Source: an uncultured virus (IMG/VR IMGVR_UViG_3300010883_000016) (lineage: Duplodnaviria; Heunggongvirae; Uroviricota; Caudoviricetes). Taken from it: a stretch of 64,000 bases of DNA. Where the stretch lies: the IMG/VR virus record IMGVR_UViG_3300010883_000016. One strand, written 5' to 3'. Within the stretch, counting starts at the first letter, position 1; each line of letters starts with the position of its first letter. This document shows, piece after piece, positions 57,983 to 64,000 of this stretch. The translations under genes were made by a program, and so were the position numbers. Under the pieces are notes generated by a model. The model had not been told where the DNA came from, did not search any database, and saw only the letters and a program-made list of their open reading frames with translations.

Positions 57983-58186
57983 ATGAAAAAACTATGGATT
58001 CGCCCCGTTCACGACAAGAAGACTGACCGCCTTATGTCCATAGCCGTATGCACGACAAAGCATGAGGTTCTTGTGGACGAGCAGGTTCTTGAGCACTTTG
58101 CTCTTACCATTACTGGTGGAGAGGTTCGGGACAGCTATCCCGATCATACTTTGGTTTGGGGTCCACCTATCGTTGCACTCACATAA
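57983..58186 (+). CDS. Hypothetical protein
   Basis: GAGGA RBS; followed by a hairpin. Confidence 0.6.
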   Translation: MKKLWIRPVHDKKTDRLMSIAVCTTKHEVLVDEQVLEHFALTITGGEVRDSYPDHTLVWGPPIVALT

Positions 58187-58193
58187 GTGTGCG

Positions 58194-58262
58194 GGCCGCT
58201 CCCTCGGGGGCGGCCTTTGCGACAATAAATTCGTGCTCGCACATTTATCTTTAGAGTGCTAT
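58194..58262 (+). promoter_or_regulatory. Hairpin plus cassette promoter element 13
   Basis: Hairpin 58194-58215 fused to TTTGCGACAATA; TGCTAT at 58257. Confidence 0.8.
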
Positions 58263-58269
58263 ATCCCAG

Positions 58270-58545
58270 TAGGTCGAGAGAAGCATGTGCCCCGGGCACC
58301 ACAGCGGACTCGCCCTCGCCCCTCCCGTGGGGTAGTTACGGAAACCGGGTGCCCGTCAGCGGGGCATGGTCACAGCTGGCGCAGGCAACGTAAGACGTTG
58401 CACGGATGGTAGGACTGGCAAGGCAAACAGGCGTTAGCCGAGGCTGTCACGGACACTGGTGGATGCATACACCCTTGCTCCAATGGGCACTCCCCGAGGC
58501 TTTTCGATTTGCAATCGAGCTGCGCTGGTTCTGCCATCCACTTTT
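58270..58545 (+). ncRNA. Candidate ~270-nt structured RNA of unknown class
   Basis: Several long-range helices; lies directly after a promoter element; no RBS-supported ORF. Confidence 0.55.
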
Positions 58546-58572
58546 CAATACACAACCCATTTGGAGAGAAAA

Positions 58573-58866
58573 ATGTATAATGTCGCTATTGACTTTGAGA
58601 ATCACAGGGTAACCGGCTGGGCCGACCTCTGCGGCCCCTATGCTGAGATTGAGGGCTCCGAGGTTACTTCGGTAACTCCAGCGAATGATAACAAAGACTT
58701 TCGCGAGCGAGCTATGGATGCTGTGGTATCCGCAGCTTTCAAAATGCATCAAGATGCGTTCGCTGGCCATAGTCACCCAGATGACTATGATGACTATGGT
58801 GACCACCACCAGACCGGGCCTGATTACTGGGTTGACCGTGAGTCTGGAGAGTATCGCTGCGGGTAA
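58573..58866 (+). CDS. Hypothetical protein
   Basis: GGAGA RBS; followed by a hairpin. Confidence 0.65.
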   Translation: MYNVAIDFENHRVTGWADLCGPYAEIEGSEVTSVTPANDNKDFRERAMDAVVSAAFKMHQDAFAGHSHPDDYDDYGDHHQTGPDYWVDRESGEYRCG

Positions 58867-58873
58867 AAGCCCA

Positions 58874-58970
58874 GCCCCCCTTTCGGGGGGCCTTTGCGAC
58901 AATAAATTTGCGACATAATGTCGCATACGCGCGACAATATAATTTCTATAGGATATTTATTATGTTTGTG
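58874..58970 (+). promoter_or_regulatory. Hairpin plus degenerate cassette element (four boxes, no clear TGCTAT)
   Basis: Boxes at 58895/58909/58919(inverted)/58930. Confidence 0.6.
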
Positions 58971-59048
58971 TCTCTTTATAATATTTGTACCTAATGCGCT
59001 ATGAATAGATGCAATCATGCACGTGAATATGTTTTAGGAGGTATGGAT

Positions 59049-59201
59049 ATGAGTTTGTATCGTGTTTCTGGCACTTGGACTAATAGCTTGGAAGGGCGGA
59101 GAGAAGCTATTATTTCCAGACTAAAGGCTAGGATTAGAAAGGAAGCTGAAAAGAATGATGTGAAGAAGCTATTGGAGGATCAGGATGCCACTAAACAATA
59201 G
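59049..59201 (+). CDS. Small hypothetical protein
   Basis: AGGAGGT RBS. Confidence 0.55.
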   Translation: MSLYRVSGTWTNSLEGRREAIISRLKARIRKEAEKNDVKKLLEDQDATKQ

Positions 59202-59379
59202 TTACTATCTAATATCTATTTTAGAGGCAGCTTGGAAGCTAAATGATGATTTATCTTTAGCACAGTTAGTGCACAATGCAGCGTCAAGGGTCGGTATCGA
59301 ATCCCATGACATTTCTGATTGTGACGATAAACAATTGGCGGAAGGTCTACATCGATTGATCATCGAAAATAACTTCTAG
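59185..59379 (+). CDS. Small hypothetical protein
   Basis: GGAGG upstream; overlaps the previous gene. Confidence 0.55.
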   Translation: MPLNNSYYLISILEAAWKLNDDLSLAQLVHNAASRVGIESHDISDCDDKQLAEGLHRLIIENNF

Positions 59380-59468
59380 AAATTATGCATACGTGGGTGT
59401 GGTGTGTTTATTCATTGACATGCCATGCCCTTAGCGCGTACTATATATTTGGTGCGACAATATTTTTA

Positions 59469-59768
59469 TTAAACTTTAAGCACGTCCGTGTCATTAGGAT
59501 CGAGCACTTCGACTTTAACATACGTATGTGTATCCGGATCGTACTTAAGTCTAAACTTTGAGAAGTAATCTATCATTCCTTCTTTGCTGTCTAGTCTTTC
59601 TCGCATTTCCTTTTGGTTCTTTGATTCTTTGATAAACCTTTCCATTCTCTCAACAGCAATCTTATTTCTTTTATCTTGACGTTTTTTGCTATAAATTGCT
59701 TCACCAAAAGTTATTAAGCATAGAAGGCAAGAGAACCCTATGATGAATATTATAAATTGATAATCCAT
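59469..59768 (-). CDS. AT-rich single-TM protein in inverted orientation
   Basis: AAGGAGA RBS on the minus strand; N-terminal TM. Confidence 0.65.
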   Translation of the reverse strand: MDYQFIIFIIGFSCLLCLITFGEAIYSKKRQDKRNKIAVERMERFIKESKNQKEMRERLDSKEGMIDYFSKFRLKYDPDTHTYVKVEVLDPNDTDVLKV

Positions 59769-59811
59769 ATTATCTCCTTTATATAAAGTGATTATACTTA
59801 TCTTTTTAAAC

Positions 59812-59855
59812 TGCGACAATAAATATTTTTTGAAGATTTATCTTTTTCATGCTAT
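59812..59855 (+). promoter_or_regulatory. Cassette promoter element 14
   Basis: Box at 59812; TGCTAT at 59850. Confidence 0.8.
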
Positions 59856-59906
59856 CTTGTGGTAGGTGGCAAAGTCGCTACCCAATCAAGCCGAGAGGAC
59901 AGAACA

Positions 59907-60341
59907 ATGGCTAATATTTTTATTGACGAAACCACGGAAGATGTGGTGGACACCATCAAGCAGACTATGAGCGTCAAGCTGGACGACGATTCGGGGCAGC
60001 CCACCGTCAGCTTCGCGACCAATCGGGGTAAGGGCTCGGGTGCCCAGCAGATTTCCACCGATGATTTCGATGAGTACGTCGCTGCTCTTGAGGAAGTCGT
60101 GGATAACGGTCTGCCGGAGCAGGTTCAGTGGGATATGTCCCCTGCCGATATGGTTCGGGATACCATTCGGAATGTGGACGGTGTGATCACCTTCCGTGTT
60201 CGGAACGGGAAGGGCTCTAAGCCCGCTAAGATCCCCTCTGACCGCTTCTCTGAGGTTGTCACCCTCCTCCGCTCCACCGTTTCTCTTGTGGAAACGGCTG
60301 CCGGTTCCCTCTCCGACTCTGATGAGTCGGCTGAGGAGTAA
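59907..60341 (+). CDS. Paralog of 57055..57495
   Basis: Alignable end to end. Confidence 0.85.
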   Translation: MANIFIDETTEDVVDTIKQTMSVKLDDDSGQPTVSFATNRGKGSGAQQISTDDFDEYVAALEEVVDNGLPEQVQWDMSPADMVRDTIRNVDGVITFRVRNGKGSKPAKIPSDRFSEVVTLLRSTVSLVETAAGSLSDSDESAEE

Positions 60342-60347
60342 ACCTAA

Positions 60348-60424
60348 ATGACCCGAGGCAAGTCATAAAACTGCCTCCCTCTGTGTGTTGTGTGTGCACC
60401 TGGGCCATGTGTATAAACTGGCCC
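60348..60424 (+). ncRNA. H-type pseudoknot copies 5 and 6
   Basis: ATGAC-CC-GAGGCA-A-GTCAT-AAAAC-TGCCTC; CAC-CT-GGGCCA-T-GTG-TATAAAC-TGGCCC. Confidence 0.7.
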
Positions 60425-60431
60425 CCTTTAT

Positions 60432-60491
60432 GAGGCAGCTGGATACGAGAGTGATTCTCATAACTGATTGGGTTCGACTCCCATTGCCTTT
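60432..60491 (+). ncRNA. tRNA-like element (acceptor-like stem plus T arm, no canonical D arm)
   Basis: GAGGCAG/TTGCCTT; TGGG-TTCGACT-CCCA; CTCATAA. Confidence 0.4.
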
Positions 60492-60637
60492 GGGCAAGCA
60501 TGATGGATGCATCGGCCAGCAGCGGGAATCCACAACGGGGGCACCCTGATGCTCTTCCAACGTGCAGGTCCTGGAAGGGAGAGGTTAGGGCCTCTCCCTC
60601 CTTTTATTGCGACAATAAATATTCTTTGGAGTTACGT

Positions 60638-60835
60638 ATGCATATAAAAAGTATATACGATAGATTTGGAAAGTTCATTGCAGAGCGAGTTGATGAAGGT
60701 CCTAAGATAGTTATCTATGCTATGGATGGTTCATACATAGGCGAGTATGTAAAGGAGGATGATTCAACCTATGATAAGCATGGAACCTTTATGGGTAATG
60801 GCGACCTTACAACAACGCTCATTAAACAGTTTTAG
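60638..60835 (+). CDS. Small beta-repeat protein
   Basis: YDRFGKFI / YAMDGSYIG / YDKHGTFMG repeats; GGAG RBS. Confidence 0.65.
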   Translation: MHIKSIYDRFGKFIAERVDEGPKIVIYAMDGSYIGEYVKEDDSTYDKHGTFMGNGDLTTTLIKQF

Positions 60836-60992
60836 TTAGGTTGCGACAATAAAACTGCAGCTGGCGTTCTGCGCCCTGCGACAATATAGTTGGTATCGGA
60901 TATTTATCTTTTTCAGATCGTCCTAATCATATCCATTATTCGTGTGCTATGATTATGGGTAAGCACAACAGAGCAAGCCATAGGAGGCCCAA

Positions 60993-61280
60993 ATGATTGA
61001 GGTTACTTGTAATATCGGAACAGACGATCATCCAATGTGGGGAGTGTACCGTTATATAAACGATGATGATAAAAAGTATTGGTTAGGTATATGTCCACTT
61101 GAGGGCGCACACTTTATCCGTAACACTGTAACTCCAACGGTCCATTGGACTACTCTAAGGAAAGCCGCTATTGAAGATGGCATTGACCCAGCTTCTTTTA
61201 TGGCAAAGAAGGCTGAAAAGAAAGTATCTTCACCTCGGCAACGTAAAGCTAAAAAGAATCCTGGTATCTCTATCTTCTAA
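60993..61280 (+). CDS. Hypothetical protein
   Basis: AGGAGG RBS. Confidence 0.7.
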   Translation: MIEVTCNIGTDDHPMWGVYRYINDDDKKYWLGICPLEGAHFIRNTVTPTVHWTTLRKAAIEDGIDPASFMAKKAEKKVSSPRQRKAKKNPGISIF

Positions 61281-61304
61281 TCCCTTATAATAAAGGAAAC
61301 TAAA

Positions 61305-61535
61305 ATGACCCGTAGTAAAAACATTGATGATGAGATCCGAGCCTTTCTTGATAATGGTGGTGAAGTTACGCTGCTAAAGTATGCAGACCAAAAGATGCAA
61401 AATAAGTCCAGACGCATAGACTTTCATAAAGACAAAGCTCTGAATGGATCTGAAAAGTCAAAGGGCTTTCTTGAGCGCGAACATACACGCGAACAGGGTA
61501 TGATTTTTTCTCGCACAGAAAGACTGAAGCAATAA
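61305..61535 (+). CDS. Hypothetical protein
   Basis: AAGGA RBS; AFLDNGGEV. Confidence 0.65.
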   Translation: MTRSKNIDDEIRAFLDNGGEVTLLKYADQKMQNKSRRIDFHKDKALNGSEKSKGFLEREHTREQGMIFSRTERLKQ

Positions 61536-61589
61536 CAATCGCCCGCTGGCAGACCGGATATAGTCTGCCATTTTCTTTGGAGTTTTATC

Positions 61590-61799
61590 ATGAAAGTTAC
61601 AGTTACTTTTGATCCGCAAGATAGAAAAGAGGTCGCAGATACCCTCTATCTTGTTTCGCCAAACACTGCAAATATGAATAGGACTGATCTTGCAAAGGTT
61701 GTCCGGTCTTATGCTGTGCAGATTAGGGACGGTGAAAAGACCCATTCCCTGAAAGATGTTTTTTCCTTTATTGACTCTTTAAATGTTATCGGGAGATAA
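61590..61799 (+). CDS. Hypothetical protein
   Basis: GGAG RBS. Confidence 0.6.
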   Translation: MKVTVTFDPQDRKEVADTLYLVSPNTANMNRTDLAKVVRSYAVQIRDGEKTHSLKDVFSFIDSLNVIGR

Positions 61800-61800
61800 T

Positions 61801-62142
61801 ATGTCAGATCTATTCAATAGTCCAGATGCCATTGTTGTTTTGAATGATGGTGAAACATATACTGGTATAGGCGGATCTTACGTCTATCTTCTCGATAACT
61901 CTATCTCTGATAGTGATTATGATGTATCTACATTCGCAAGAGAAGTAGTTGATAAGCCGGGTGTGCAAATACTATCCATTGAAAGGTTGGTGGAGTTTTA
62001 TCTCGCTTTTCAAAGTATGCACGCACATGCTTATAATATACCTGTTGACATTGGGCTCAATGTCGATCCGTCTGAGATAGGTGGTATGCCTGAGATTGAT
62101 GAATCCTATAACCTTGATGATACAAATACAGGAGAATGGTAA
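61801..62142 (+). CDS. Hypothetical protein
   Basis: GGAG RBS; operonic. Confidence 0.6.
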   Translation: MSDLFNSPDAIVVLNDGETYTGIGGSYVYLLDNSISDSDYDVSTFAREVVDKPGVQILSIERLVEFYLAFQSMHAHAYNIPVDIGLNVDPSEIGGMPEIDESYNLDDTNTGEW

Positions 62143-62453
62143 TGAGAAATAAGCAAGTTATTGACGCATGGCTGAGCGGAGACTCTGCCCACACTAATAA
62201 TCTTTCAACCGATGGAGTAAAGCTGTGGTCTTATAATCTAATGATTGGAGATCGTATGGATCATCAGAGTAGAATCTGGGACTATACCGCAAGGGGACAC
62301 TATTATTCTCAGACTACCTCAAAGCATGTTGGCCTTGCACTAAGTGGTGCTGGTAACTTCATTCTAATGGACCCAGGCTCGGATGCTATGATCTATGATC
62401 AGTCCATTGGAACAGATAGAAAGTGGTGCTCGACAAGGCGGGCATATGTATAA
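62136..62453 (+). CDS. Hypothetical phage protein
   Basis: AGGAG RBS; YSQTTSKH. Confidence 0.65.
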   Translation: MVMRNKQVIDAWLSGDSAHTNNLSTDGVKLWSYNLMIGDRMDHQSRIWDYTARGHYYSQTTSKHVGLALSGAGNFILMDPGSDAMIYDQSIGTDRKWCSTRRAYV

Positions 62454-62688
62454 TCAAATATTCCCTTCCGCATTGTCTGAGTATATGCTAAAACAATGCC
62501 CCAATGATAGTAGTCATGATCGCTTTGTTACGGGAGCGGTGGTGTGCCAAGACTGGGTTGTTGATGGGTCTGGAAACTTTATGGAAGTATTTGATGAGTG
62601 TACTCAAGTCTTTCATAAGCCAAGCACTGATAATGAGTGGACGTGCGCGGACTGTGGAGCAGTAGGAGTAGATAATGTGGCAACTTGA
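62446..62688 (+). CDS. Hypothetical Zn-ribbon-like protein
   Basis: CP..H / CADCG. Confidence 0.55.
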   Translation: MYNQIFPSALSEYMLKQCPNDSSHDRFVTGAVVCQDWVVDGSGNFMEVFDECTQVFHKPSTDNEWTCADCGAVGVDNVAT

Positions 62689-62748
62689 AGCAATATTTTT
62701 AATCTTTGCTGGCTTTTTAGCTTGCGAGCTAATCTATGGAGTGATATT

Positions 62749-63063
62749 ATGAGTTGGGATAACGTACCAGATGATTGGGGTAGATACTACGCTAAGTGTG
62801 GTTGTCATGCCTCGGAAGGTGGACACTCATGCAAAGAGGGTCAGTATGAAGATGCAGAAAGAAAGTGGCTTCAAGCTTCTGATTATGAGATTGAGGATGG
62901 AATATGGTCTAAGGTGATTGGATTCTCAAAGCATACGTGTAGAAGGAATCATAAGAATGGCAAGATTAAAAAGGGTGAACGGTATAGGCTGAAAACTTAT
63001 CGCTCTATTAGCGATGAAACTGGTGAGAGCTGGATTAGTAAAAGCATAACAAGGATTCTATAA
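62749..63063 (+). CDS. Hypothetical protein
   Basis: GGAG RBS. Confidence 0.6.
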   Translation: MSWDNVPDDWGRYYAKCGCHASEGGHSCKEGQYEDAERKWLQASDYEIEDGIWSKVIGFSKHTCRRNHKNGKIKKGERYRLKTYRSISDETGESWISKSITRIL

Positions 63064-63218
63064 TGTATAAGGTAACTGGCACCACTGTTCATGGAAAACG
63101 CTTTAAGATTGAAACAAGCAGTCACATGCATGCATTCGGTATAAACCTATGGAGAGGCTCCGTCTGGGAGCTTCAAAAGAGTAATAAGTGGAAGCTGATG
63201 CGGAGGGTGTATAACTAA
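63063..63218 (+). CDS. Small hypothetical protein (51 aa, not in ORF track)
   Basis: TAATG coupling on both sides. Confidence 0.55.
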   Translation: MYKVTGTTVHGKRFKIETSSHMHAFGINLWRGSVWELQKSNKWKLMRRVYN

Positions 63219-63487
63219 TGGACTTTGAAAAATACGATCTGCATGTGGGCAGATATGTATCCTTTTGGTTCCAGGCGAGGAACTATGCCGTTATAAGTAG
63301 TCTTAACGATTATGGGATCGTTTTTCAAATCTATAAAGTGATTGCAGATGAAAATAATGAAGAAGGGTATGAGCCAGAGTATAGTGCTGGTGATGCTGCA
63401 TTCTTTCCATGGATGGCATGCCCTAATCTTAAGTTTGAGCAACGAAAAGATATTCCAGATAATGTTTCTTATGCGTCCTATACGTAA
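63218..63487 (+). CDS. Hypothetical protein
   Basis: Coupled to the upstream ORF. Confidence 0.55.
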   Translation: MDFEKYDLHVGRYVSFWFQARNYAVISSLNDYGIVFQIYKVIADENNEEGYEPEYSAGDAAFFPWMACPNLKFEQRKDIPDNVSYASYT

Positions 63488-63643
63488 AAAACTCATAAAA
63501 GTTTATGAATTCATTTTGGATCATGGGCTTGGATCAGAGTTGAGACGATGCAAGACTATATCTAATAGAGACACTGGTTGCATTAGACACCTAAATCACT
63601 GGGGCCGTCATGAAGATGCATGGCGTCACAAGTGGAGAGAGTA

Positions 63644-63820
63644 ATGAAGTTTATATTTTATACAGCCCTGGTTTGTGCTGTCTTTTACCTTGCAGCATCG
63701 TGGGCAATAAACAGCCCAGATGATGCAGCAGCTTTTATAAGCAATTGCACAGATGTTGCAAAGAACATTGTCGCAAGTGTAGATGATTATTTTCATGGAG
63801 TAAGCAATGACAACACGTAG
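63644..63820 (+). CDS. Small membrane/secreted protein
   Basis: GGAG RBS; hydrophobic N-terminus. Confidence 0.55.
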   Translation: MKFIFYTALVCAVFYLAASWAINSPDDAAAFISNCTDVAKNIVASVDDYFHGVSNDNT

Positions 63821-64000
63821 ACAGTTTTTCGCTCGTCTTAGGAAATTAGGTTATTCTAAGTCTGACATTCAAATGACCCGTATTGGGCTCACCTATGTAA
63901 TGGATGATGATGAGCATGGCAGGGTAACCGTTACTGTTCCTAAACATCATAGTGGGACCTTCACTATCCTGGGCGATGTTCCTTATAGCGGGATCTTTGT
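63807..64000 (+). CDS. Hypothetical protein, runs off the window end
   Basis: GGAG RBS; open frame MTTRRQFFARLRKLGY... Confidence 0.55.
   Translation, partial: MTTRRQFFARLRKLGYSKSDIQMTRIGLTYVMDDDEHGRVTVTVPKHHSGTFTILGDVPYSGIF

Noticed and set aside
58062..58612. ORFs 58062..58412, 58406..58612 and the 5' extension of 58459
   Set aside because: They cross a hairpin or promoter element or lack an RBS; the region is better explained as structured RNA
60313..60341. CTGATGAG as a second hammerhead core
   Set aside because: Lies in coding sequence within a simple hairpin, with no correctly placed GAAA and stems
46685..60950. TGCGACA repeats as a CRISPR array
   Set aside because: Repeats are degenerate and separated by whole genes rather than 30-40 nt spacers; no cas genes seen
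46657..60950. Classical integron with attC sites
   Set aside because: No RYYYAAC/GTTRRRY core pairs recognised, no integrase in the window, and cassettes carry their own promoter-like elements
1..64000. Stop-codon reassignment
   Set aside because: Recognised genes (def, iscU, dnaJ, cca) are full length, gene density is high, and TAA, TAG and TGA all end genes
63807..64000. HicA toxin call for the last ORF
   Set aside because: LRKLGY and VTVPKH are suggestive, but the GSH catalytic motif is absent and the ORF is truncated

Overview
Fragment of a large (jumbo-type) tailed bacteriophage genome in the standard genetic code, with two sharply different halves. Left half (1 to ~44.3 kb, AT-rich, probably late genes): amidase endolysin, MotA/TolQ-like membrane module, several proteases and thioredoxin-like lipoproteins, collagen/LamG tail-fibre-like genes, host-derived genes (def, iscU/Nfu/iscA, dnaJ, fatty-acid hydroxylase, 2OG-Fe oxygenase), and 17 ORFs that share a ~30-aa N-terminal leader (MINKLIxLANxLDxxGLxKEADxIDxLIKxA) fused to unrelated cargo (kinase-like, tyrosine phosphatase, SGNH hydrolase, zincin, Cys-rich domains); a second, smaller leader family lies at 42.8-44.1 kb. 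These look like an address-tag system, plausibly for capsid packaging and injection (inference). Right half (~44.4 to 61 kb, GC-rich coding, probably early genes): an array of 1-3 gene cassettes, usually bounded by a GC hairpin and headed by a fixed-geometry element (TGTCGCA/TGCGACAATA boxes, then TGCTAT 38-39 nt downstream; 14 full copies). The cargo includes a CCA-adding enzyme, PNK-like kinase, metallophosphoesterase, tRNA-Lys(UUU), ArdC-like protein, GHKL ATPase and DUF3228. This half is rich in structured RNA: a hammerhead-ribozyme core, a k-turn hairpin, six covarying H-type pseudoknots, a ~270-nt candidate ncRNA and a tRNA-like element. All family calls come from motif recognition by eye; no database searches were run.
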